64,000 bases of DNA from Batkoa obscura (lineage: Eukaryota). The stretch is from positions 434,001-498,000 of the forward strand of contig JASVEC010000018.1 in the NCBI GenBank assembly GCA_030770535.1. The letters run 5' to 3'. The position numbers were made by a program, and so were the translations under genes. Numbering within the stretch: position 1 is the first letter of the stretch; each line of letters begins with the position of its first letter. Below the pieces are notes generated by a model that did no database searches, was not told the DNA's origin, and worked only from the letters and a program-made list of their open reading frames with translations. Of the stretch, positions 11,848-26,447 are shown piece after piece.

Positions 11848-14181
11848 TTATTTAAAAAAGGGTAAAACCATATTAAATTCAATTAAAGAAATATTATTAT
11901 TTAAACAATGTTTGATACTAGAACTAATTAAAAAAGATTAATATACAAAAACAAACTTAATAAATAATTTACTTTAAATAATGATGAATTTGATTCGGTA
12001 ATAATCCATTCGTTAATTTTATAAATATTTCTTCTTCTTCTATTGTTAATGGTATATAATTTATTTTATGAAAATATTTTAATAAATTATAATAAATATT
12101 TAATCTTTCTTCTGAATTTGGTGGAGTAATTTCTATCATTTGATCTATTCTACCTATTTAATAAAACAAAAAGTAAAATTAATCAGTTAGTATTATTCTT
12201 TATTATTATTATATTATATTACCTGGTCTTAATAAAGCATTATCAATTTTATTTAAATGATTGGTTGTAGCTATCAAAATAAAATTCAAATTTTCATTTA
12301 ATCCATCTAATTCATTTAACAAACAAGTTAAGATTCGATTTTGTAAATCTGAAAATTGATCTTCAGAAGAACCTAATAACAAATAGAAATAGAATGAAAT
12401 AAAAATTATCATTAATCATTGAGATATTATTATTACCTCTTTTAATACTAATCAATTCAATATCCTCTAAAATAATAACATATTTTGAATTCAATTTATC
12501 TTTAAAATGAAACAACTCCTTCAAATTGCTTTCCGTTTCGGAAAATTGATTAGAAAATAAATTAGCACTAAAAGTAAAAACAAACAAACAATAACCTGTT
12601 AATTTCATATCATACATAAAACTAATAAAACTTACCAATTAACGAGTATAATAGGTAATTCGAACATATCAGCAAACCCTTTGGCTAATAAGCTTTTACC
12701 ACTATTTGCTGGACCTGTTATGAGGTATTTATTAAAGGGAGATAATGTAATTATTGTTTGTGGATGTTGATATAATTTTATATAAAAATTCAATTTTTCT
12801 TTAATTTGAAATAAACCCCCTAATTCTTTTATATCTGTTTTATGAGTTAGTAATTGATAGTGACTGTCGCTATTGTTGAAAGTGGGTTTTAAGCTTGATG
12901 TGCTGCTGATATCAACGAGAGTATATATGAATTGAAAATTGAATTGAATTTTTGTTTTCAGTTTCGAATTTATTAAAAATACAAAAAATAAAGCTTTATT
13001 GTTATTAAGTTGTAATAATTTATTAATAATAATTAAACAATCTTTTTTATCTATTAAATTATAATAAATTAGTTCATTGATTCCTTTGATTATTATGATT
13101 TTCCGTTGCTGAATATTATCAGGACTATTAATAATCTTACTGAGTTTTTCACTAATTTTGTTGACATCCAATTCATTTTGTTCACCTTTATTTTTTTGTA
13201 TAAGTTTTAATAAATTTATACTAATCAAACTAATATCGTTTTTTATAGTGTTATTAAGATAACATTTTATATATCTATTTTTAAAATCAGCATTATATCT
13301 AAATTAAATTAAATCAAATAATAACAACTTACTTTTGATATTTCGTATAAATACTTTCAGTTTGAATTTCCAATAAACAGTTTCCGTTGATATTTGATTG
13401 TTTTGCTTTATCAATGGTAGTAAAATACCAAGCTAAATAAAATAAACTATTAGCAAAATAAAACAAGATATAATAGAAGTTTACTTATTATATTCATCAT
13501 TTCATCTAGTTGTTTATTCATTTTAACATCATCGAATGTTATTTCTATTTTATTTTTATTTTCTATCACTTTAATAGCACAATTTTCATTGATTTTAAAA
13601 TAAGTAGGAGTATCATTATCATTAAGCTGTATTAAATAATAATGATTATCATTAAAATATTGTATAGTAATAATGCTGTTATTGAACCATAATTTGTTTA
13701 CAATATTATTCATTATTATTCCTCTATTTTTATATATTAATTTCGTCTCATCTTTTAGTAGAACTAGATTTATTACATTTGCTTCATTATTAGTTTCTAT
13801 AGGCTTATCTAATATTAAAAATTTAATTTAATTTAATTTAAATAATAAATCACTGTTACCTTCGTTTTTATTAATAATAATTAAGCCAATATCTTCCTTA
13901 TCATTTTTCATATCTTCAGTTAAATATTTTAATCCCTCATCTACAACTATATCTTTTGTTGAAATAAAACAATTTAATTTTAGTTTCAAATTATAGCTCT
14001 TCCAATTTAAATAGTAACGATAATCTTCGACATTTATATCTTTATTTTGTATATGATATTCCATAATCAATTGATATAGCTCATTCTTTCTTCCTATTTG
14101 AAGTTCGAATTCATTATTGTTATTATTTGATATTGATCTATATTCTATTGTTATAAGAAAATTAATTTGTTTTCTATACAT
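11848..14181 (-). CDS. Divergent CDC48/AFG2/PEX-type AAA+ ATPase, multi-exon
   Basis: LGGLFQIKEKL; Walker A GPANSGKS; atypical Walker B IILEDIE; RILTCLLNELDG; second region of homology IATTNHLNKIDNALLRPG-RID. Last exon ends VLPFFK*. Confidence 0.8.
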
Positions 14182-14244
14182 TTGAAGTCTATAAAAATAA
14201 AAGGGTTTTTTTAATGTACTTTTTTCTTTTTCTTTTTTTTAGTA

Positions 14245-16517
14245 ATGAATCATTTGATTTATAAAGTAAATTAGAACCTTTTTTAGTTAAAATAATCATT
14301 TAATTATTATTTCTATAGGCTTTATGTAAACAAACAATAGTTCAGTATAAATTACAAGAAATAAAGTAAGATATAGTGGTTGCATTTTTGGTATTGTTTT
14401 AATCAATATATAGTTTAGATACGTTAATAACTCAATTAATCTTACCAATAACCATTGAAAATGATTATTTGTTTAAAGCAATTCTATTGAAACAATTAAA
14501 AGGTACTTAATACAGTTATATTAATTTAGTTAACTGATAATTTAGACTTTAAATTATTGAGAATAACGATATTAAAAAAGTTGAATTTATTAACCTTATT
14601 TTATAGTTATGTGATTAAAGAAGAGGTAAAAAATTAATCATCTTTTACTATGAACAATAATAAACCAAATGAATATTTTCTAGTATTATTTTCAAATATT
14701 AAAAGAGCAAATAACATATACAAAAACAGATGAATTAATACAATTAACTTGTTTATTTATTCAAAAATGGTGCAATGAAATAAATAATAGTAAGGATGTA
14801 AAATGGAATTCAATCCAGTTTGTGTCCTATTGGGAATTTTTTTCACATTCAATTCAAAGTAAGGTCCTGTTTTATTTTATTTTATTTTATTTTATTTTAT
14901 TTTATTTTATTTTATTTTATTTTATTTTATTTTATTTTATTTTATTTTATTTTATTTTATTTTATTTTATAATTTATATAATATTTATTTCTAGTTGGAA
15001 ATAGTAGCTGTATAGATAGAAATAATAATTCAATAACTCGATTTCGGCTTTTGTTATCAAAATTTATTAAGTTAATTCAAAAAGATACAACTCATTTAAT
15101 ACAGTAAGTTTTAATTGAATATTCATCACATCCTTTGACTTTATTAATCTCTAACCAGAAAGCAACAACACTATAATGTCATTAAGCATACTTTATTAAC
15201 ATTAAAAGATTTAACTATTCTACAAGTTTCTGATTATGATTATTTTATTGAATTAATAGCTACTAAAGATAGTACAAATAATGAAATAATTAATCGGGGA
15301 AACAAAAATGATATAAAAGAGAATGAGAGTAGATTGAATATTGATTTAAATGGATATCAATTAATAAATACAGCAATATTAAACATTCAACTAAAGTATA
15401 AGAAGGAATTGAATGAGGTAATTAAATTTTGATTTATTTTTAATAATAATGATAATAATAATCATTATAGGACAATATCAATGAAATATTTTCATTAATA
15501 ACAAATGAAAAAGATATAAAATTAATAAATTTAATCAAATTCAAAAATTATTTATATAGAAAGTAAGTGATCACTACTATGAACTAACACTAACTAACAA
15601 AATCCTTCCTTATATATTAGCTACAAAATATCATCTATAAATCAACAAGATCAAATTACTAGTTTATTAAATCAAATCAATAGTACAACTAAAACTCCAA
15701 ATGAACAAATAATAGTAAATTTATTCAAATGTAGTTTATTAAATTATCAACAAATTATATTCAATTGTTTACAATCGGCCTTAAATCAACCTGTATTACA
15801 TAAAGAATATTTAAATCTCATTTTATTATTGAGAAGGGGGGATAAGAATTCGAGTGATAATGAGGAGTTGTTTATAGGGATTAAAAAGAATCTATTAGCT
15901 TATGATTTTAGTAATGTTTATTTAGATCATTATCAAATGTGGTGGAATGTAATCCAATTCTTTTTAAACGTGAGGTTTATTTATTATAGTAATATGATGC
16001 TTTTATTTATTTCATTTTTCTAGCATCCTAATTCAACATGTTATCAATGGAATTTTATTAATTTATGGTTAAATTGTGTATATCCAATAATTAAACAATT
16101 GAATGAAATTGATAGCAATATAAAAAATATAGATGATAATAACATACAGAATAGTCAATTACTAACTAATAATCCTGTATTCCAAAAGTTGATTATTAAT
16201 TTAATTCAACAAAATATAAGTAGTCTTCAACAATTAATTTCAATTCATTATTTTACCTTATTAAAATTATGTATTTTAAATGAATTAAATGAACAATTTA
16301 TAAATCAATTGTTAACTCATTCGTATCAATTGATTATAAAGAATGAAAATAATAATATTGTAAATAACAATTTATTTAAAAAATTAATTATTAATTTAAT
16401 TCAATTATTCCAAGATAATGGTAAATTCAATAATATTTCTATTTCTATTAACTAATATATATAAATAAACTAGATGTCTATATCTCATGGATTACAGTAT
16501 TCAATAAATTAATATAA
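14245..16517 (+). CDS. Hypothetical multi-exon alpha-helical protein (N/I/L rich)
   Basis: Open exons join through GT-AG introns (e.g. DTLITQLILPITIENDYLFK, ELIQLTCLFIQKWC, YLDHYQMWWNVIQFFLN, last exon DVYISWITVFNKLI*). No family recognised; start uncertain. Confidence 0.6.
14870..14969. repeat. (TTTTA)20 pentanucleotide microsatellite inside an intron
   Basis: Perfect tandem array between donor GTAAGG (14859) and acceptor CTAG (14994). Confidence 0.97.
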
Positions 16518-16577
16518 GTTAAAAACAATAAAATTAAAACAACTTTCGTCCACTTTCTTATATTTATTATATTACTT

Positions 16578-17675
16578 TTATAACTCCAAAATTTTATTAA
16601 TATTGAAGATGTTTTTTTGTGGAAACTTTTCTTGATTTTTAATTACTTTAATAATTTTATCTGTAACAAAATCTGTTGCTAAGGGTTGTTCAATATTAGA
16701 ACAGACCAATTGTTTCCCTAATAATAATCCAGCTGCTAAACCAAAAGCTAATGGTCGATCTTCACTATACATTAAGCCTAAAGTTAATGTTAAATTAGCC
16801 TCTATACTCTTATTATACTCTTATTATTTCATATTTATGTTCTATATTTTAATTTAAGGATCTTATTTTTACCTGGTTGAACGATAAATTTTTTAACAAA
16901 ATCTGTATTTTGATCTAATAAAATCCTTTGTTCACTTGCTTTTTTAGAGCTAATATAATCTTTCGTCAATATTTCGGGTAAAAAATTGGTAGCTGATAAA
17001 TAAAATAAACTTTGAATATTTTGATGTTTCTTCAACTCTTCCAATAAATTCTTTACTATTTAAAAAAAATCAATATTCATTGTCAACTTAAAGTAATCAA
17101 AACATTTTAAACAATTAATATTGTGATTATATTACTATTTCCTTACCTGACACAAAATTCATTTCTCTAACTTGATTTCCATTCCTAATACCCTCTTTCA
17201 TCACTTTATTCCATTCATTACTTACCAATGGTTTATAATTAAAATCAAAAATAGCACCAACGGAATGAATGATAGTATCTTGATTCGATAATAAATGAGA
17301 ATAGCTGTTTAGATTCAATAAATCTCCTTTTTGCCAATTCACCTAAAAGAAAAAACAGAAAAAATAAATTAATAAGTAACAGGTAATGAATCAGGCTTAG
17401 AGAATCAATTGAAAATTTACTTCGTTCATCCAAGCTTCTATTTTACCATTAGTAATTTTTGGGAGTCCAGAACGACTAATAAGATTTGTTTACATCTAAT
17501 TAAATGCTTTGAATTTTAATTAAAATTACCTTAAGCTCGTTATTTTTAATCCATTTTCAATTCCTTTTTTACAAAGTCTTTGGCCTATTTTAACATTCAC
17601 TTAATTGTTGTCATCTTATTATAAGGTTGACTTACCCAAATATCCATTACCACCTAAAATTAATACTTTTTTCAT
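16578..17675 (-). CDS. COQ11: Atypical short-chain dehydrogenase/NAD(P)-binding protein, COQ11 (YLR290C)-like, multi-exon
   Basis: MKKVLILGGNGYLG Rossmann motif, SLSRSG, WQKGDLL, IIHSVGAI, YISSKKASE, QPG-LMYSEDRP. Confidence 0.75.
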
Positions 17676-18405
17676 TAGGTTTCGAATTTATTTTATTATT
17701 GAATATTAGAAATATTGAATTTTTCGATTTTTTGATATTAAATATTTATTAAAAAATGGGATACAAATGAAGTTAATCTGATTGGTTAGGATTAGGATTT
17801 AGATTCGAAACAAATTTGGAAGATGGGATGGATTATGGATGTATTTTCCTATCTTAATAATGGAGTTATTACGTCGATCTTATTTTTAAAAATGTTATTG
17901 TTTAATTAAAATATGCTATATTTAATAAAGAATAATATTTAAAACTAGTATAAAAACTGTATTAAAATTAAAATCAAAATTTGTTATTCTTTACTTATAA
18001 AGACAAGATTTTATTTCAATAAGCAATATTCAAAATCAACAATAATATATAAAAAGTAAAGAGAACTATATAATATTAATAAAATACTATTAAATCCTTT
18101 GGTCCTTTAAACAAAAATTTAATAAAAAAACAAATGTCAAGCGAGATTGGGAAATTAAGATTTAAACTTGTGGTAAAGGGATTTAAATTTACAAAAAAAA
18201 TCAATTTCTTGCAAACAAAAGATATGTTATAATAGTTTGGGACCAAATTTGAAATATCGATTGCAACACTTATAGAAATCTGTAAAATTTACCATATTTA
18301 TTAAAAATGCCACAACAAATTCCAATAGTGTGCTTCTCCTTCTATTAAATAACTTGTTAATTTTAATTAATCCACATTCACTCAAGCCTAACTATAATAC
18401 CTTAA

Positions 18406-19588
<1,183 letters not shown>

Positions 19589-20575
19589 TATTTTTTCAAT
19601 TTAAATATATATTCTTTATATTTTTAAAATTCTCGTTTAATTTCACTCTCAAATTTCAATTCTAATCTCACTGCCTCCAATTTTATGCCACTTATAAAAA
19701 AAAACTCAAAAATAAATCCGTAATTCACTAAACTTTATCGTTTTCTTTCTTTCAATTCTTCTGCTAACACTTTCGACTTTATAGGAATTCAGATGGATGG
19801 CCAATCTTAGTTTTCCAATACGCTCTCTTTAATTTTTGGTTAAAAGATACTTTGGCTTAGCATCTCTTTCAATTTCATTCTCCTTATTTTTTAATTAAGG
19901 ATTTCTTTATTTATAAGCCAATCAGTAGTAGACATATTTTTGGAAATTCCATGTTTATAATAAATTTTAGCCAATCATATGCACTAATTCAGGCCTAATC
20001 GTTTGGGTTCGATTTGGAAACATATCATTGGGGGAATCGAAGATCATTATTGTGGTTTTAAAGCACTTGGTTTTTAATGATGACTAATGTTTAATTATAA
20101 ATAAGTGATAAAAAAAAGTCAGAAACACGACTGTTCATCCATCAGAACTGACTTAAATGTATCTTTTATTGCTTATATTATGATGCACTTTACAACTGCT
20201 AAAAAAAATAACAGCTACTATGAGCGTTATTTTTGTCAATAAAAATACACTATTAAGCTTAGCTCTCCGTGAGTAGTATCAATTGAATATTAGTTTTTTA
20301 CTGCTATTTAATAGCAGTTTAAACAATACTTAAACCTAATTAAACTCTTAGTTGCTAGGAAACCCATTGTATGGTAAACAAAGATTACTTGAGCTCTAAT
20401 TTTTCAAAAACTGAGTTTTGTAATTAACCTTCCGCAGCAATATGAACGAATTTTGTCTTAAAATTGAGCACATTATTTTGATTCAAAAAACTTATAATTC
20501 TAAATAAAGTAAATCTAGTTAAATTAGCAATAAATATATATATAAATGAAGAGCAAGTATCAACTGTAAAATTTA

Positions 20576-21825
20576 ATGTGTGGACGTTGTCACTTGCATT
20601 TGGTAAACTGATATTGCAAAATTGATGAAGAAATAAAATTAACAATAATCAGAGTATAGAGGAGATTGGTAGACAATTGGAAGGCATCAACTATGACGGT
20701 GGATTAGAATATAGTAGAGGGTAATAGAGCTAATTTTGGGAAACGAATAGGTGCTAATTTTTGCTAGGTATAACTTATCTCCTGCAAGGGATTTCCCAGT
20801 TATTGTAGATATTGATCATTGGGATATGATTAGTAGAAATATTCTGAATAATTCAAAAAGCAGCTCACAGAAAGTAAATTTGACAAGATTGATTACTGCA
20901 GAAAGAGAGAGAAACATAGGGAATGGAGTCAAAGTGAAAAAGGAAGGAATTGTAAGTGCAGATCTATTAGATAAGGAGAACAAGCTCCAAGATAATTTAA
21001 ATGATATGGAAAAGGAAATTAAACCATTTGGAAAAATTGTTATGATGGTATAAAATATTATTAATTTAACAGCGTGATAACTAACAGCTAATAGAAATGG
21101 GGCTTAAAATTTAATACTATCAATAACAAAAATGATAAGAAAATACCAGTTCCAATAAATGTAAGAGATGACACTTTAATGGATAAAAATAAAACATCAT
21201 TCAATCATTTAAAAAGAAAAAAGAGATGCTTAATAATAATTCAAGGGTAAAAATATTTTATTTTGTTTGATTTTCGCTTACGATTCTTTAGCTTTTACGA
21301 ATGGAAGCGCAACAACAGTTCCAAACTAGTAGATAATATACCTTATTATTCAAAATTAAAAGATAGTCCATTATTACTTGTAGGTGGTCTATATGACTAT
21401 TCTTTAGATACAAATGGTAAGCTTAATTCCTTATACACTTTTTTATGTTTAATAAAATGATAGAAAAAGCATCCCCTACTTTTGCTATGATAACTACTGA
21501 AGCCAATGAAAGTTTCTCTAAAATACATCATCGTATGCCACTTATCTTTGATCCTATTAAAGATATGGATAAAATAAAGTTGTGGTTAAAACATCCAGAA
21601 TTTGACGATAAAGTCGTTAGGCTAATTAAACCATATAATGAAGAGCTGTTAAGGTAATTAATCTTTTATCTATATAGTAAATATTCAATAAAAGATAGTT
21701 ACCAGGTTGGAAATAAAGTAAACACTGCTAAGGTTGATTCCCCTGAATTGATTAAACCTGCAAAAACAAAGAGAGTTAATACGTTGGATTCCTTCTTAGT
21801 AAAAAAGGAAAAGAAAACTAAATAA
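20576..21825 (+). CDS. HMCES: SRAP-domain abasic-site protecting protein (HMCES/YedK family), multi-exon
   Basis: N-terminus MCGR (catalytic Cys2), YNLSP, MKWGL, RCLIIIQGFYEWK, IHHRMPLI, C-terminal PIP-like TLDSFL. Confidence 0.92.
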
Positions 21826-22238
21826 ACGATTTATGAAATATTAGCTTAATTTTATTGTTATTGAATATAGTATTTTTGTTGCTACCTGTATTATAAATTA
21901 ACTCAAAATTCGATAAATTAAACTGTCAACTTAAATCAGAACTAAATTTGAGTAATAAAAGGCCTCTTTTTTAAACTTTATTTTATTTTTAATATAACTG
22001 TTCTTCTATTTTATGTTTATTATCTTAGGCTTTGAATAAATTAGTTTATTATGGTGACTAACAGTAATATTTAGGATGATAAATCAATTTAAAATTGTCT
22101 CAAATTTAGCCTATAATTTCTATTTTCATTTCTAATAGTGTTCCAAAGTTTAAAAACAGTTCATGTCATCACTCAAACCAAATTGACCTATAAATAAAAG
22201 CATTATAAATTTCATTAAACTAATTTTAAAAAAATAAA

Positions 22239-23424
22239 ATGTCTATCCAAGAAATCCAAAATCCTAAAGCAGTTACTATTCAATATAAGAATGCAACAGC
22301 ACAAATCGATTTGTTTGGTGCTACCGTTACCTCATGGAAAATTGATGGTGAAGAGTTGATGTTTGTTAGGTAAGGGTGACATTCATTTTAATGAAGCTAA
22401 ATTTACATTAAACAATTAGCTCCAAATCTAAAAGAGATGGTAGCAAAGCTGTTCGTGGTGGGTAAGTTTTAAAACAAATATTGTTTCAAAACATATTTTG
22501 ATTCTTTTTAAAGTATTCCCATTGTATTCCCTCAATTTGGTAAAGAAAAAGCACCAAACCCGGCTCACGCTTTACCCCAACATGGTAAGAATTTAATAAC
22601 TTTACATGAAAATAATTAGTTAAATTTTATTTAGGCTTTGCCCGTTCCTTTTATTGGAAGCACTTAAAAGAGGAAGGAGTTAAAGACGATAGTGGTGTTA
22701 CTGCACACTTTGGTAAGTTTATTTATATCCACGAATAGATACCATTTTATCAAGAAATTAAATTGATTAGGTCTTACCCATGAAGACATTTCTAAGGAAG
22801 TGTTTGATCTCTGGCCATTTAAATTTGAGCTGAAATATTCAGTTACCATTACTGAAAAAGAGTTAAAAACTTTCGTTCAAGTCAAGAATTTAAATACTGA
22901 TAAAGAGTTAACTTTAACTCCTTTACTTCACACTTATTTTGATGTTGAGGTAAGGACTTAATTTAGTTTAACTTAATGTGAAAATGATAAATTTTTAGAA
23001 CATTGCTAATGTGAAAGTAGAAGGCTTAAAAGGTTTAGATTATTATAATAAAGTATTAGATAAAAATGAAACTCAGCAAGACGACCACATAACTATCGAC
23101 CAAGAAGTTGATCGTGTCTATGGAAATAAGAACGATGATTTATTAAAGCTTTATAAAGATGAAAAATCTCATTTCACTTTCGTAACGGTCAATTTACCAG
23201 ACGTTGGTAAGTTTAATAATTTGATATAAAATTTTATTTATTAGTAAAAATTAGTTGTATGGAACCCATGGATTAAGAATGCTAAAGCAATGAGTGATAT
23301 GGATGACGAAGAGTACCATAAATTTATCTGTGTTGAATTAGGCCATGTAAAAGAGCCTATAAAAGTTACCCCAGCTCCATCTATCAATTATCTCTATGGC
23401 CAGATTATAACCTATCATCCTTAA
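22239..23424 (+). CDS. Glucose-6-phosphate 1-epimerase (aldose 1-epimerase family), multi-exon
   Basis: FGATVTSWK, AVRGGIPIVFPQFG, LPQHGFAR, LHTYF, EVDRVY, VVWNPW, FICVE. Confidence 0.92.
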
Positions 23425-23483
23425 AGCAAATAAAATAATATAATAAGCAAAGTTTGAAATTTTCAAAATAATTAGCTAAAAGT

Positions 23484-24809
23484 TTAATTTAAAATAGTAT
23501 GTGGATAAGTTGCTTTTAAAATATTAATAGCTTTTAAAAATATTTGGTTACTATTTTTGCCAAACTTTTCTAAGGTATGATAAAATGATAGGCTTAATGT
23601 TTGCATTCTAGAAATTGGTACATTTTCTCCCCATATTTCAACAATCTGGGGACAAGTTTCTGGTAAATGTGGTGGAAACTTTGTATTTGTAGTAAGTGCA
23701 ACCTTATTCGCTTTTGCTAACCTATTAATATTGGCATTACCACAAGATTTGAGAATGCTTCCTAATATCCAAAGATATTGATTGCTCTTTACTCGATTTT
23801 CTTTGTCTTCTAAATTCTCATCTTGATTATATACTCTCTTGATTTTTTCTAACGTTTTTAGTCCAACATCATAGGTGGACTCATTTTCGTCTTTAAAATC
23901 ATAAGGTGGGCTCACTGGTGTTCTCATAGCAACAAATATAGCTTTAATAGCAAGATTAAATTCCTCTTCCTTTCCTTTTAATTGAACATCCATGGCATCC
24001 CATTTAGAGTTAACTATAAAATCCATCAGATCTTTTGGTACCCCCGTTGGAGCTTCATTCCTTTCCACTTCATACCAAGGTTTAGTAACTTCTTTATAAT
24101 TAAAATCATCAAAAATAACCCCAGAGCCATCATGATCATTCTGCCTAAAGTACATTTGTCTCTTAAGCGGAGTGACCGCATTCATCCTTGTATAATCATG
24201 AAGAGGACTTATGATATTATTTTTTTGATCTGGGCTATCTAAAATATTCATGCTTTCATCATAGTCTCTACCTTGTATATTTCGACTATCGTTGAATGAG
24301 GTTTGGAGCATTGACATTTGTTCATTAACAAAACTTTGATTAACTGAACCTGAATTATCCGTTCGATTCCCAAGTGATCTTTGAACATTAAGTATATTGT
24401 GTACATTGGGTGTTCTGTGCTTAACGTCCCCCCTAGCAATGTAATTCATAAGTTGGCCCTGGGTATATTTGCTAGGATCTCTTAGCGCTGATATTACACT
24501 ATTCACTAAAATAATTGACATCTCGTCCATGGCTTCTTGGCTTTTTGTAGTAGCTGAACTGTAAGCTGAACTGGTTAAAGGATTATCATAACTTCCGGTT
24601 GGTATATATCTAAACCAAGAGAAACCAAACATGATTACAGAGTTAGGTAAGAGCAATATAGATTGTAAACCTTCTCCTTTATACTTTTCTATTTTATAAA
24701 TGTCTCCCTCCTTGAGATTTCCTCTTCTAAAACGGATTCCTATATCTCGATCGTAATCATCACACGGCTTGCGTTGCCATTCTATTACTGAAGATATGGT
24801 GTGATTCAT
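23484..24809 (-). CDS. Intronless 441-aa protein of unknown family
   Basis: A 1326-nt open frame in AT-rich DNA, with ATG and an upstream CCAAT-containing promoter. No recognisable motif. Confidence 0.8.
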   Translation of the reverse strand: MNHTISSVIEWQRKPCDDYDRDIGIRFRRGNLKEGDIYKIEKYKGEGLQSILLLPNSVIMFGFSWFRYIPTGSYDNPLTSSAYSSATTKSQEAMDEMSIILVNSVISALRDPSKYTQGQLMNYIARGDVKHRTPNVHNILNVQRSLGNRTDNSGSVNQSFVNEQMSMLQTSFNDSRNIQGRDYDESMNILDSPDQKNNIISPLHDYTRMNAVTPLKRQMYFRQNDHDGSGVIFDDFNYKEVTKPWYEVERNEAPTGVPKDLMDFIVNSKWDAMDVQLKGKEEEFNLAIKAIFVAMRTPVSPPYDFKDENESTYDVGLKTLEKIKRVYNQDENLEDKENRVKSNQYLWILGSILKSCGNANINRLAKANKVALTTNTKFPPHLPETCPQIVEIWGENVPISRMQTLSLSFYHTLEKFGKNSNQIFLKAINILKATYPHTILN

Positions 24810-25758
24810 TTTATAACTTTGAATTTTTAAAATGGAAAGTTAGAATTTTGAGTTTGATGGAATAAAAAGTTGTCAACAAATTTTATAATTGGCTAGTCAT
24901 CAAACTTCCAATGTTGTGTAAACAGAACAAGTTGTCATTGGTCTGGTCCTATAGCTATTTTTATTGGATAACTACTGTACTCGAAAAATCGCGTTTTGTG
25001 ATAGTCCAATCAGAGTATATTCACATTTTAAGCTTATAGGCATGTTTTTTGTTAAAACGTGTTGCCTAAAGTGGACAAATTCTAAGAAAAAATTCATTAC
25101 AATATTTTGATTACAAGACAATCGATTAACAAACATGAATAAACGGTTTTAATTGAAATTATATTAATAGGTTAAAAACACAAAGTAGTTCATGATCAAG
25201 TAAGTGTATAGGATGATAATATACTTGTCTATAGCTTACATAAATTTAAATTAAACATTCAACTTTTTTAATGAAAAATAATATCAAAGTTAAAAACTCA
25301 GACAATAACTTGTCAACCATTGTTTATGTTCTAAAAATATGATACCTTTAACCATTTATACTTTTGTCTATTTAATTTCTTGATTTAAGCAAGTATTTCA
25401 TATAATTACACAGCTTATTGTATATTTAATATACATAGACTAATACAAAATATTTATATTATAAAATGCTAAAATTAAATACATGATTTTGACCCTTTAA
25501 AGTAATACAAATTAACAACACCATTAAACCATCAACCTTACTAGAAGGCTTAATAATACTCAAAAGAATATTCTAATATCAACATCTCTCCAATAAAATA
25601 TGAACTATGAACTATATTTCCGCGAAAATGACATCACCCTTGATTTTGCCAACACATCAAAATTAAATCAAAATCAAAACCAACTGATTTTTAGACATAT
25701 AAAATCAAAGTTAAAATCAATAAACAATAAAATAATAATAAAAGAAAGTCGAGCAACA

Positions 25759-26447
25759 ATGTATCAACTCAAATGGCTCAAACAAAACTCAGAGAAGGCA
25801 GAGATCAATGATGGTGGTGATACCTTAAAGCTAACTAGCAGAGCTAAGAGTGATTTCTGGATTACACCAACACGTAGAGTATTAGATGGTAGTTTTGGCT
25901 ATGAAGAAATTACTGGAGACTTTGTAGCCCAAGTTCACTTTATCGGTGAATACCATTCCCAATATGATCAAGCTGGTTTGATGATTTATTTAAATGATGA
26001 CCATTGGCTTAAGGCTGGTATTGAAATGATTAATGATAGACAATATGTTAGGTAGGTAGTATTTTTATTATATTAATGGAATAATTGAAATTTTGTGAAA
26101 TCGAAATATCAAAATTTAACTAATGAAAACTTATTAGCTCTGTACTCACAACCCCATACAGTGATTGGTCAGTAGTACCTACCAACTTATATAAGGAAGG
26201 TAAACAGAGAGATGGTATCACATTAAGGGTAGAAAAGAAGAGCAGCAAGGTATTAATTGATTATTATTTTGACTCCCAAATAGATGATGGTAACCCTGAA
26301 GAATTACCTTGGGTAATGGCACGTAAAATTACTTGCTTTTTACCAGATGCAAATCAAGCTTTGAAGGTTGGTTTAATGACCGCTTCTCCACAATCCGAAA
26401 CTGGGTTTAGTACTACATTCTCTAGTTTTAATATTTTTAAACATTAA
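25759..26447 (+). CDS. DUF1349/Ree1-like concanavalin-fold protein, 2 exons
   Basis: KSDFWITP, QYDQAGLMIY..HWLKAGIE; exon 2 SVLTNPYSDWS..VGLMTASP. Confidence 0.85.

Noticed and set aside
14822..15004. ORF with repeated LFYFI
   Set aside because: It is the translation of the intronic (TTTTA)n microsatellite.
17780..17805. TTAGG-like repeats (also near 5880)
   Set aside because: Only 2-3 imperfect units, overlapping CCAAT boxes; not a telomeric array.
20265..20290. GTAGTATC resembling the U2 snRNA branch-pairing region
   Set aside because: The flanks do not match the conserved U2 5' sequence.
25600..25758. N-terminal extension of the DUF1349 ORF
   Set aside because: A-rich and promoter/UTR-like; ATG 25759 fits the family start better.
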